64,000 bases of DNA from Candidatus Bathyarchaeia archaeon (GTDB lineage: Archaea > Thermoproteota > Bathyarchaeia > 40CM-2-53-6), in NCBI GenBank assembly GCA_049517415.1, contig JBEKSC010000001.1, positions 128,001 to 192,000 of the forward strand, given 5' to 3'. The notes below the pieces were generated by a model. That model was not told where the DNA came from, made no database searches, and saw nothing but the letters and a program-made list of their open reading frames with translations. This document shows, piece by piece, positions 39,704 through 49,259 of this stretch. Numbering within the stretch: position 1 is the stretch's first letter; each line of letters opens with the position of its first letter. The position numbers and the translations under genes are program-made.

Positions 39704-40507
39704 GTGACTGAAGATTCGAAGCGGTTGTTCTATGCGTTCTTGATCTCTGCGATTCTTCTTGTAGTAGTGATTCTCCCAGTCTATGTTCTTAGGATTCCGT
39801 TCGTTTCAAGTTTACCCAAAAGATTGAAGATTGGCGATTCTTGGACCTACCAAGTCATCTTTCCTGATGGGGAAAGTTACGAATTGACCGAATCAGTCAA
39901 GGATACGGTTCAATTGAACGGAACCGAAACCTATCTCCTTCTCCGAGACGACCCACAGCATGCTTCAACCGAATACCTGTGGATAACTCCAGATTGGCAC
40001 GAAGTCAAAACATTCCAGCCTAACATCGGGAACATCGTTGCAAACTCGACCGTCATTTATTCTCCTCCCATCGAGTTACTTCAAATTCCGTTACGCGTTG
40101 GCGACAAGTGGATCGTCAACAGCACTAAGACTATCATAACCCAGCTAAAGAATTCGAAAATCCAAACAATAACGCAATTGGTCGAGAAAAGAGAATTTGA
40201 GAAAATCGACGAGATTTCAACTCCAGCAGGATCATTTCGCGCCTTCAAGGTCAGTGTAACCATGAATGGCGTACCTATTGAGATTACATGGTTTGATACA
40301 TCATTGGGTCAAATCGTAAGAGGAGAATATTACAATGGTCCAGAGGTGGTCACGCAGTCGCTCGTGTCTTACTCAGAGACGTTTCCAGCGACTTCCACAT
40401 TTACCATGGCCTTTTATCCAACCGTGAACCGTGCTTGGAGACATTTCGGAAGTTATATCTACAACATCGTTCGAACCTTTACTGAGTTGAAAATATCTTA
40501 TGACTGA
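39704..40507 (+). CDS. membrane-anchored extracellular hypothetical protein
   Basis: N-terminal TM; beta-rich GDSWTY / GDKW / TPAGSF pattern; overlaps the BMP start. Confidence 0.65.
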   Translation: MTEDSKRLFYAFLISAILLVVVILPVYVLRIPFVSSLPKRLKIGDSWTYQVIFPDGESYELTESVKDTVQLNGTETYLLLRDDPQHASTEYLWITPDWHEVKTFQPNIGNIVANSTVIYSPPIELLQIPLRVGDKWIVNSTKTIITQLKNSKIQTITQLVEKREFEKIDEISTPAGSFRAFKVSVTMNGVPIEITWFDTSLGQIVRGEYYNGPEVVTQSLVSYSETFPATSTFTMAFYPTVNRAWRHFGSYIYNIVRTFTELKISYD

Positions 40508-41702
40508 AAAAGCACCAAAGAAGAACTCGAAGACGCTCATTGCTGGCGTGGTTATAATCGTCATTATAGTCGCAGCTGGAGCAGCCTACTACTTTACCAC
40601 TACCCCAATGGGAGCAACGCAGACCACTACGGCTATGCAATCAACCACATCAGCCACATCTTCAGCCCCTCTCAAAATTGCGATGATCCTACCTGGCAGA
40701 ATAGATGACCTCTCATGGAATCAGGCGGGTTACACTTCTTTCGAGAATCTGTTGACTAGCTATAACCAAGGCATCAATACCTGTGATTGTTGGGTACAGA
40801 ACCACGAAGACCAGGCCAAAATTGAAGCGGACATAGCGGATTTCGCGAGTAGAGGCTACAATTTGATCATCGGTCACGGGTTCGAATTCCAAGTTCCAGT
40901 TCAGGACGTAGCGTCCCAATATCCAAACGTCAACTTTCTAGTCGTAGGCGGATGGAATAACTCATTGCCTAACGTTGCTATCGCTGACGTTCGCACTGAC
41001 CAGACAGGCTACATCTTAGGCTACCTTGCCGGAAAGATGACGCATACAGACAGGATAGGGTACATCATGGGCGCTAGAGTGGCTGAGTTGGCACGGTTTG
41101 AGCCCAACTTCGCTCAGGGAGCACATGATGCCAACCCGGCTATTACCTTCACATACGGAGCATTACCTGGCGGAGGAAACGGCATACTATCCGGAGGAAC
41201 CATTAGCGTCGTAGCGGTGGGTGACTTCCACGATCTTGAAGGAGCCAAAGCTGATGCTGAGTTAATGGCGGGACAGGGCGTTGACGTCATAGCAACTATG
41301 GGCGACGGCGTCGTACTAGGATCGATCGAAGGTGCCATTGATAAGAATGTGTCTTTGATCGGTAACGGCGTTGACATTGCTGACAACCCACCTGTAGGCG
41401 CAGAGAAACTGGTCCTTGCCAGCGGTTCATGGAAATGGGATATCGTCTTCTCGCAATGGATCAACGACACCAATCAGGGCAAGCGGAACGGCAAGTACTG
41501 GGCGAACATGAATAATGGTGGATTACACATAGAGATCAACCAGAACAATGTACCCTCTGCAGTCCAGCAAGAAATCTTGAACATTGAGGGACAAGTGAAG
41601 TCAGGTCAGATTCAGACAAATCCGCTTGGGCCTCTATTGATGAGCCCCAGCGCATTCATCACTGCTGTAACATTACAGGTAACTCGCTATTCGACAGACT
41701 AG
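40500..41702 (+). CDS. BMP family (purine nucleoside-type) ABC transporter substrate-binding protein
   Basis: TM anchor, Thr-rich linker, DDLSWNQAG, IIGHGFEF, GYLAG.MT, F.QGA. Confidence 0.88.
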   Translation: MTEKAPKKNSKTLIAGVVIIVIIVAAGAAYYFTTTPMGATQTTTAMQSTTSATSSAPLKIAMILPGRIDDLSWNQAGYTSFENLLTSYNQGINTCDCWVQNHEDQAKIEADIADFASRGYNLIIGHGFEFQVPVQDVASQYPNVNFLVVGGWNNSLPNVAIADVRTDQTGYILGYLAGKMTHTDRIGYIMGARVAELARFEPNFAQGAHDANPAITFTYGALPGGGNGILSGGTISVVAVGDFHDLEGAKADAELMAGQGVDVIATMGDGVVLGSIEGAIDKNVSLIGNGVDIADNPPVGAEKLVLASGSWKWDIVFSQWINDTNQGKRNGKYWANMNNGGLHIEINQNNVPSAVQQEILNIEGQVKSGQIQTNPLGPLLMSPSAFITAVTLQVTRYSTD

Positions 41703-41777
41703 CTTCTCTAACGCAACCGCTCCCCTCACTCTTTTTTCTTTCACATTAATTAAATTTGATAGCGGAAGATTTCAAGA

Positions 41778-43325
41778 GTGCAAAGCCAGAACACCGTCGT
41801 TGCAATGCGCGAGATTGTGAAGAGATTTCCGGGGGTATTAGCAAATGATAAAGTGGATTTTGAGGTGCAGGCAGGCGAAATACATGGACTGCTAGGCGAG
41901 AACGGCGCAGGCAAGAGTACTCTCATGAACATTCTCTACGGCTTCTATCATGCTGACGAGGGAACGGTAGATGTCTTCGGCAGAAGAGTTGACTTCCGCT
42001 CGCCAGCTGATGCGATAAGAAATGGGATCGGGATGGTGCATCAGAACCTGAAACTCGTCAGCAATATGACGGTCACAGAAAACGTCATTCTTGGTTTAAA
42101 GTCCCCGAAGAGATTCTTGACAGATCTTCCGACCGCAGAAAAGAAGATTTCAGAACTCGGAGAACGCCACGGCCTTCCCGTGGATCCAAAGGCACAGATC
42201 TGGCATCTATCAATAGGCGAGAAACAAAGAGTCGAGATACTGAAATCTCTCTACCGGGATGCAAAAATACTGATTCTCGATGAACCAACGTCAGTTCTAG
42301 CACCAAGCGAAGTGAAGGGATTCTTCATGGCCTTGCGCAACCTTACGCAAAGTGGAATCGCCGTCGTTCTGATTACCCACAAATTAGACGAAGTCATGGA
42401 CATTACCGACAGAGTCACGGTACTAAGAAAGGGCAAAAATGTTGCAACGCAGCCCACAAACATGGTAGACCAGAAGAAACTGGCTCAAATGATGATCGGA
42501 GAAAGCATCCCTCCGATGACTGCAAAATCCCCAACCACGTTTGAAGAACTGATTCTTCAAGTAAAGCATCTACATGTTTACGATGACCGGGGCCTTGAGG
42601 CCGTAAATGACCTAAGCTTTGAGGTACGAAAGGGCGAGATTCTAGGCATAGCTGGCGTCTCAGGCAATGGACAAAGAGAACTCGTCCAGACAATAGTAGG
42701 ACTAAGGAAACCTATCTCAGGATCGATAAGACTCAACGGCGTAGAAATCGCTGCTAAGCCACCTCGAGGTATCATCGAGCTTGGCGTGGCATATGTCCCA
42801 GAGAATAGGATGGAAGATGGATGCATAGCGGATTTTGGAATAGACGAGAACCTTATTCTCAATGACTTTGATAAGCCTCCGATTTGCAACATGCTTGCGT
42901 CACATATTCCGACTTTCTTGAATGAGCGAGAGGTTCGGATCAGAGCTCAAAGAGCCATCGATGAGTTCGGCATAAAGACCACGGGACCGACCGCCAAAGC
43001 AGGATCATTGTCTGGAGGGAACTTACAGCGTTTACTCTTAGCCCGCGAACTTACTGGGAAGCCCGAGTTAATCGTGATCTCGCAACCAACGCGAGGTTTG
43101 GATGTAGCAGCTACTGAATATGTCAGAGGTCTGATAGTCCAACAAAGAAATAGAGGCGCAGGAATAATCCTCGTAGACGAGGACCTAGCAGAATTAGTTA
43201 CTGTTAGCGACAGGTTAGCCGTCATGTACAAAGGGGAAATTGTCGGTCTACTTGAGCCGAAGCAATTCAGACCTGAAGAAATCGGGCTAATGATGACGGG
43301 CGTAAAGAGGATGAAAGCGGCGTAA
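41778..43325 (+). CDS. nucleoside ABC transporter ATPase (two ABC domains)
   Basis: FPGVLAND, GENGAGKST, LSIGEKQR, GVSGNGQ, LSGGNLQR, QPTRGLD. Confidence 0.93.
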   Translation: MQSQNTVVAMREIVKRFPGVLANDKVDFEVQAGEIHGLLGENGAGKSTLMNILYGFYHADEGTVDVFGRRVDFRSPADAIRNGIGMVHQNLKLVSNMTVTENVILGLKSPKRFLTDLPTAEKKISELGERHGLPVDPKAQIWHLSIGEKQRVEILKSLYRDAKILILDEPTSVLAPSEVKGFFMALRNLTQSGIAVVLITHKLDEVMDITDRVTVLRKGKNVATQPTNMVDQKKLAQMMIGESIPPMTAKSPTTFEELILQVKHLHVYDDRGLEAVNDLSFEVRKGEILGIAGVSGNGQRELVQTIVGLRKPISGSIRLNGVEIAAKPPRGIIELGVAYVPENRMEDGCIADFGIDENLILNDFDKPPICNMLASHIPTFLNEREVRIRAQRAIDEFGIKTTGPTAKAGSLSGGNLQRLLLARELTGKPELIVISQPTRGLDVAATEYVRGLIVQQRNRGAGIILVDEDLAELVTVSDRLAVMYKGEIVGLLEPKQFRPEEIGLMMTGVKRMKAA

Positions 43326-43329
43326 AGCA

Positions 43330-44397
43330 ATGACTAAACTCCGGATTTCACAGAAATTAGAAGTCAGCAGGCGTGCCCTTCTGGCTGTCACCCTCATTTC
43401 GTATATTGCCTCGCCCCTAGTCATCTTGGGCGTTCTTTACGCTGCGGGTAAGAGTCCGCTCGTGGCGCTGGACGCCCTTTATCGAGGCACGATCGGAACA
43501 GTTCCGGGCTTTGCTGAATCGATCGTCCAAGCCACGTCACTAATGCTGTTAGCGGTAGGTCTCGTAATAGCGTTCAGAGCAAAAGTGTGGAATATAGGCG
43601 CGGAAGGTCAGCAGGTGTTCGGAGCGATCTTAGCAACATGGTTCGCGTTGCCCCTGCTAAGGAACCCTTGGCCTAACTACGTTATGATTCCCATCGCACT
43701 TTCGCTCTCCTTCATAGGCGGAGGCCTATTCGCCACCGTACCGGCGCTGATGAAATCAAGACTGGGGATCAATGAGGTGATCACGACCATCATGATGAAT
43801 TACGTGGCTATTGACGCTCTTAACTGGCTTGTTAGGGGCCCCTTTCAAGACAAGTCAATCCCGGGCAGCTACCCAGAATCCCCGATCTTTCCTGAGCAAT
43901 TGTCCCTGCCAATCATACTGCGAGAATCAAGTGTGACAATAGGAATAATCATCGCGGTCGTATCGTGCTTTTGTGTATACTATCTTCTGTTTAGGACGCC
44001 GTTGGGTTACAGCATAAGGGCCGTTGGACTAAACCGATCCGCAGCTAGGACAAGTGGGATCCCAGTAACTCGTGTTCTCGACTCTGCGATGATACTTAGT
44101 GGCGCATTAGCTGGGCTAGGGGGTGGAGTCTACATTCTAGGAATTGCCCACGCACTACTTCCTGAACAGGCGTCGGGCATAGGTTATACGGCTGTAGTCG
44201 TCTCACTCTTGGGCAACGTACATCCATTAGGTGTCATTTTCGCTTCGATTTTCTTTGGAGGACTGATTTCGGGAATGTCATCAGTAGAACGCTCACTTCA
44301 GATCCCCGAGACGCTTTCACTTCTATCACAAGGAATAATAATTGTAATGATTTTGATCATTCAAGTGTTCGCGAGATTTGAACTTAAGAGGGGATGA
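43330..44397 (+). CDS. nucleoside ABC transporter permease 1
   Basis: WNIGAEGQ, NEVITTIMMNY, RAVGLN. Confidence 0.9.
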   Translation: MTKLRISQKLEVSRRALLAVTLISYIASPLVILGVLYAAGKSPLVALDALYRGTIGTVPGFAESIVQATSLMLLAVGLVIAFRAKVWNIGAEGQQVFGAILATWFALPLLRNPWPNYVMIPIALSLSFIGGGLFATVPALMKSRLGINEVITTIMMNYVAIDALNWLVRGPFQDKSIPGSYPESPIFPEQLSLPIILRESSVTIGIIIAVVSCFCVYYLLFRTPLGYSIRAVGLNRSAARTSGIPVTRVLDSAMILSGALAGLGGGVYILGIAHALLPEQASGIGYTAVVVSLLGNVHPLGVIFASIFFGGLISGMSSVERSLQIPETLSLLSQGIIIVMILIIQVFARFELKRG

Positions 44398-44400
44398 ATT

Positions 44401-45342
44401 ATGGTAGCAATACTAAATGCTGCGGCGATCACAGGCTTGATCGCATCAATGATTGAGCTTAGTGTCCCAATGGCTTTCGCTGCGCTGGGAGAGGTTATAA
44501 GCGAACGGGGGGGCGTCATCAACCTTGGAACAGAAGGTGTGATGCTTGTCGGCGCGATTTCCGCCTTCTCCGTAGGTTTCTTCATGCACAATGACTTACT
44601 CGGAATATTGCTAGGCGCATTCGCTGGCGCGTTAATGGGCCTTCTTCTGGCCTTTGTGTCGGTATCTTTGAAGCAAGACCAGATCCTAACGGGGCTTGGA
44701 ATCTACTTTCTCGGCCTAGGTCTTTCTGGTTTTCTCTACGATGTGTTGTTCAGCAACATAGGCTCTACAATAAGAATTGAGGGCCTTCAGAAATTGCCGA
44801 TACCTATCCTATCACTAATCCCTATCTTAGGAGATTCCCTCTTCTCTCAAGACATAATCGAGTACCTGGCTTTCGTGAGCCTAGTGATAGTTATCCTTGT
44901 GATTGGCCGCACGACATTCGGGCTTAACCTTAGGGCCGTCGGCGAAAACCCGTCAGCCGCAGATACATTAGGCGTCAACGTGAGCAAAATTAAGTACATC
45001 GCCGTAATTGCGGGAGCAGCATTGGCGGGGATCGGGGGCGCTTACCTAGCAATTTCCTCCCATGCATTTCAGGCAGAGAACATAACCGCGGGTAGAGGTT
45101 TCATCGCAGTTGCGATGGTCTACTTCGGCAAATGGAAGCCGGCGAGAGCATTTTTCGGAACTTTTCTGTTTGGAGCGGCATACCTGCTTGGCTCATTCTT
45201 TCAAGTTGTGGGCTCCATGGTTCCATATTACTTTCTTCTGATGGTACCATACATTATGACGCTAATCATCCTCGTGATAATAGCCAGAGGCGCTAGACAG
45301 CCCTCAGCTCTCGGCGTCCCGTACACCAGAGAGAGCGGATAA
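44401..45342 (+). CDS. nucleoside ABC transporter permease 2
   Basis: ERGGVINLGTEG, RAVGENP.AA, AGRGFIAVA...FGKW, P.ALG.PY. Confidence 0.9.
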   Translation: MVAILNAAAITGLIASMIELSVPMAFAALGEVISERGGVINLGTEGVMLVGAISAFSVGFFMHNDLLGILLGAFAGALMGLLLAFVSVSLKQDQILTGLGIYFLGLGLSGFLYDVLFSNIGSTIRIEGLQKLPIPILSLIPILGDSLFSQDIIEYLAFVSLVIVILVIGRTTFGLNLRAVGENPSAADTLGVNVSKIKYIAVIAGAALAGIGGAYLAISSHAFQAENITAGRGFIAVAMVYFGKWKPARAFFGTFLFGAAYLLGSFFQVVGSMVPYYFLLMVPYIMTLIILVIIARGARQPSALGVPYTRESG

Positions 45343-45429
45343 TGGAACTCAACGAATGAATATTCTTACTCAGCATATTGAGAACAAGTATCTTTCGAGA
45401 GCATTTCGCGCTCTGGAATTGGACTAATC

Positions 45430-46224
45430 TTATTCACGCACGAGCTCGTCAACATCTTTGTACCACTTCCGTTTCTCTCCGATTTGTGACCTAATCTTCC
45501 AGCCTCTTGTCTTGGGCTCTTTATCGATCCGCTCCCGTAAAGCATTGATCTTCGAAGTCACATCTACCTTATCCTCTTCGGAAAGTTTCTTGAGAGTTTG
45601 TGTTGTTTTTCTCACGTTTTCTAAGTTTGTTGTGAATGTCTTCCAAAGCCCCCAATCGCGAGCAGTAAGCCGCGCCAAATGGTCTTCGTTGATCGTGTCA
45701 TTGTCCGATCCGCCAATCGGATGTTCCCTCAACAGCATGATGGTGTCTATCGCGTCCTTCTCATTCAGTTTGACTATCTGCATTTTCTCTAAGACAAGCT
45801 CTGCGAGCGGAATCGTCGGATAATCCACTTCGAGCCTATCTTTGAAGTCAATGTCGTGGCAGAACTCAAGCTTGTCCAAGAAGACATCGCAATGTCTACC
45901 GGTGCCGCTGGTCTCGTAAAATACCAGCCTAGAACCGAAAAGAGCTCTTACTCGCACGTCATACTGATACCCAAGCCCTGCGAAAAGAGTGCTGATTCGC
46001 GCAGTTTCCTTCTTGTAGGAGGCGAAGTCTATGTCAGTAAACGTGCGCCCGAGCATTTCCTGCATGTAGGAAAATTTGGGGCAATGTATGTGAAACGCAA
46101 GTGCTCCCAGCAACCTCAATAGTACGCCGTCGGCTTTGGCCGCATCCATGATCCGGTGTACTTCTTCAAAAAAGTCAGAATGCGCATTGCCGTACTTTGC
46201 CAAGGGTAATCTGCGAAGAATCAA
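45430..46224 (-). CDS. pol-beta-like nucleotidyltransferase family protein
   Basis: LLGALAF...TDIDF (G-x...DxD), CDVF third Asp, K.QIV..NEKD..D. Confidence 0.7.
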   Translation of the reverse strand: MILRRLPLAKYGNAHSDFFEEVHRIMDAAKADGVLLRLLGALAFHIHCPKFSYMQEMLGRTFTDIDFASYKKETARISTLFAGLGYQYDVRVRALFGSRLVFYETSGTGRHCDVFLDKLEFCHDIDFKDRLEVDYPTIPLAELVLEKMQIVKLNEKDAIDTIMLLREHPIGGSDNDTINEDHLARLTARDWGLWKTFTTNLENVRKTTQTLKKLSEEDKVDVTSKINALRERIDKEPKTRGWKIRSQIGEKRKWYKDVDELVRE

Positions 46225-46393
46225 TAGGCCCCGCCTAAATGAAACTTGACCTCAACACCCTACAAAGTGAAAAAAGTAAAGGATACGCGGCTCAGAATTC
46301 TGGAGCCCAGCTGATTTTCGGGTGATAACCAGCCCTGAACATAAGAAGCAAGAGGTTAAACTCCCACTACCCGAGCCATAGGGTGGTCATTTT

Positions 46394-47962
46394 ATGAGAA
46401 GTCAACCTGCGGCGTTTGTAAGAAAGGCCTCAGGGCTACGTAGAGACGTTTCCTTATTGGATGTAGTAAGCCTGAATCTGGGCAACATGTCAGGCGGCGC
46501 AGCCCTCGGAGTCATAGGCTTCACAACTGTACTGCTCACATCAATGTCTGGCGTGAACCTGGTGTATGGTTCTATAATCGCTTGGGTGCTATCAATCCCG
46601 GAGATCATTGTCTATACGATGATGACGACGAGAGTCAGTCGGACTGGGGGAGACTACGTTTGGGTCTCGCGTATCTACGGCGGAATGTTCGGAGGACCTC
46701 TTTCGTTCATGGGTTACACGCTTGAGACGATGGCATATATGGCGCTGATCGCGCTGGCGGCAGTTTTTGCGATTGGTTCGGTTGGAGTTTCGCTCGGATA
46801 CTCGAACATGCTTCAGTTCGCGTTGCCAGGCAACATTCCTGGAGCTAACCTGGCGGGACAATTTCTAATTGCAGGATTAGTCTTCGCTGTCCTAATAGCC
46901 ATCAACGTTGTCAAACCGAAACTGGGTTTCAAAGTCGTTGCGATTGCGGTAATAATCGCGATATTGGCAACTTTTGTAGGCATTTTCTCGCTCTTGGCTG
47001 CTGGAACGACGGGAGTGCAGAATTATATGAGCTTCCTAAACACGATCGGCTCCAACACAACGTATACTGCAGTTGCTAATTCATACACGGGGTCAACATT
47101 CGATTTTGGAGCAACCATATTTATGCTTCCATTCTACGCCATCTTCATCTATCCTTGGTTGAACGCAGGACCCGCTGTAGCTTCCGAGATTAAGGGCAAA
47201 GGCGCGTTGCGATACAATGTGTTCATATCGTCATTCATAACTCTCATAGTTGTCACGACGGCATTTGCAGCCATGTACTATGCTGGCGGGTTCAACTTCA
47301 TCAATGGGGCATTAGGCAACGGGAACCTAGTATTCAATTATTCATTTAACTTCTGGACACTCGCAATGGGTGTCTCTAGCACCCCCGTAGCCTGGTTCAT
47401 CGGCATAGGTTGGATCATGTGGGAGGTAGCCATCATAGCCTACGCAATCATCGTTCTATCACGATACCTCTTCGCTCAATCCTTCGACCGATTCTTACCC
47501 GAGAAGATATCATACGTTAGCCCGAAGTACGGTTCGCCTACTGTCGCATTCCTAATCAATTTCATAGGCACAATGGTTTTGATCGGGTTAGCTTCGTTCT
47601 TCTACGGTACTCTAACTGCGCTCTACGGAGCTGTGATCGCATCAATGATTTACTTCTTCTTCATAGGAATCGCCGCCGTACTCTATGCTCGCAAGAATGA
47701 GAAAGGACGACCCAAAGCAATTCTTGCAACCGCCGGCCTCCTGATGGCTATCGTATTTGCGTACATCACCTACCAATTCCTTGCCAATCCATGCATTTGG
47801 GGAAGCTGCCCGCCAGGTGTGTGGGGAGAAAATACACTTGGCTATCTATGGGTGGTAGGCAGTTTCGTGGCTGGAGTCATAATCTATGCGTGGTCGAAAT
47901 CGTACCATGCCAAGCGTGGCATTGACATCACGCTCGCATACAAGGAACTGCCCCCACTATAG
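46394..47962 (+). CDS. APC family amino acid/polyamine permease
   Basis: FVRKASGL, RTGGDYVWVSR, ASEIK, SRYLFA.SFDR.LP; about 12 TM. Confidence 0.88.
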   Translation: MRSQPAAFVRKASGLRRDVSLLDVVSLNLGNMSGGAALGVIGFTTVLLTSMSGVNLVYGSIIAWVLSIPEIIVYTMMTTRVSRTGGDYVWVSRIYGGMFGGPLSFMGYTLETMAYMALIALAAVFAIGSVGVSLGYSNMLQFALPGNIPGANLAGQFLIAGLVFAVLIAINVVKPKLGFKVVAIAVIIAILATFVGIFSLLAAGTTGVQNYMSFLNTIGSNTTYTAVANSYTGSTFDFGATIFMLPFYAIFIYPWLNAGPAVASEIKGKGALRYNVFISSFITLIVVTTAFAAMYYAGGFNFINGALGNGNLVFNYSFNFWTLAMGVSSTPVAWFIGIGWIMWEVAIIAYAIIVLSRYLFAQSFDRFLPEKISYVSPKYGSPTVAFLINFIGTMVLIGLASFFYGTLTALYGAVIASMIYFFFIGIAAVLYARKNEKGRPKAILATAGLLMAIVFAYITYQFLANPCIWGSCPPGVWGENTLGYLWVVGSFVAGVIIYAWSKSYHAKRGIDITLAYKELPPL

Positions 47963-48154
47963 TTCAGTCATCACTGAATAAACAACCTCAATCACCGGCG
48001 TAAGACAAGCGCACCAAGCGAGAATAAGCAGAAAGCTTGATAGAAAACCCCCAAAAGCTGAAGCCGACAAGCACTGGATGTTATACGGGACCAAGCCGTC
48101 TGGTTCAACCGTCGTATAGTTCACGCGAGACGTTAAACAATATCCGATTCCGCA

Positions 48155-49123
48155 TTATCCGGATGTGAGCTGAGAACTAAGAACTTTCTTATCTCCGATA
48201 TTGACGATTGCCCCCCTGAGCACACCCTCAGGGTATTCGCTGCCAGGGTTAATCACCAACGTTCTTCCAATCCTGGTAGTTCCTCTGGATTCATGGATAT
48301 GACCGCAAAGGTCTAGAAGCGGCTGATACTTTTCGACCGCGCGACGAATTGCAGTGCTGCCAGCTCCAAACATGACTGCCTGACCCTTGTCAAAGACAGG
48401 CTTCGGCGGATAAACTGAGTCGTCCAGTTTCGGGGCCGTATCTAATCCGCAGTTTACCGGAGGTACGTGAATATTAAACACACAGTTCTCCTTATCCGAT
48501 ACAGAGGAAACGAGCTTCTCAGTCATGGCTTCAAGCTCTTCCTCACTATGATCTCGCGGACACTTCCAGGGAGTAGGGTTGCTCCACCCCAAGTTCACCA
48601 TTTCGTGAAGCTCATCAATTTTGAGGACTTTGTGATCGGCGTTCTTCACATGAGGAGTATCTCGGACGGCATCGACAATTTCCTGATAATCATCATTTCC
48701 ACCCGTCAAATAACACGTCACGCCTAGCTCAGAGAGAAAGGGCTCGGCACGGTCGACCCACTTTGTCAATGTGTCTTTCATGACGGTCATGAAAAGTTTA
48801 TCCACTTTCTCTTCGGACGCGTTGAGCTCATCCATCTCTGTCTTGCTACAGCGATAGGGGTAGTAACCGCTGTTAGTTATCTCCTGCTCCAAGGACTTCA
48901 CCTCGTCTGGGCTGTGTAAAGTTCTCCCGCCAACGTAGTCAGCTTTGAACGTCCCGTCGCCGTAGTCAACGATCGGGACAAGCATCTTACCGGTCATGTC
49001 GCCTCCGAGAACCAAGACGTCAACCTTGTAGAACTTTGCGGCGCTTAACAACTTTTCATAACAACGTCCCGAACCGTGAAGGTCTGTTGCATAGAAAATC
49101 TTCGTGAACTTCTTCTCAGGCAT
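48155..49123 (-). CDS. Icc-like metallophosphoesterase
   Basis: DLHG, GGD, GNDD, HVPP, GHIHE, NPGS. Confidence 0.88.
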   Translation of the reverse strand: MPEKKFTKIFYATDLHGSGRCYEKLLSAAKFYKVDVLVLGGDMTGKMLVPIVDYGDGTFKADYVGGRTLHSPDEVKSLEQEITNSGYYPYRCSKTEMDELNASEEKVDKLFMTVMKDTLTKWVDRAEPFLSELGVTCYLTGGNDDYQEIVDAVRDTPHVKNADHKVLKIDELHEMVNLGWSNPTPWKCPRDHSEEELEAMTEKLVSSVSDKENCVFNIHVPPVNCGLDTAPKLDDSVYPPKPVFDKGQAVMFGAGSTAIRRAVEKYQPLLDLCGHIHESRGTTRIGRTLVINPGSEYPEGVLRGAIVNIGDKKVLSSQLTSG

Positions 49124-49259
49124 ATTTGCGCATCTTCGGTGGTCGCGTAGTAAACGCGGCGGTACTATAATTTATCCCTCCGAATATATCGAAGGCGAAA
49201 TCACGAAGAAGGTTCCTTAAGTATGAAGGCAAGTCGTGCTTTCGTAGGAGACGTGAGCA

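Noticed and set aside
47959..48124. ~55-codon hydrophobic minus-strand ORF between permease and phosphoesterase
   Set aside because: No recognisable motif or ribosome-binding site; could be a chance frame
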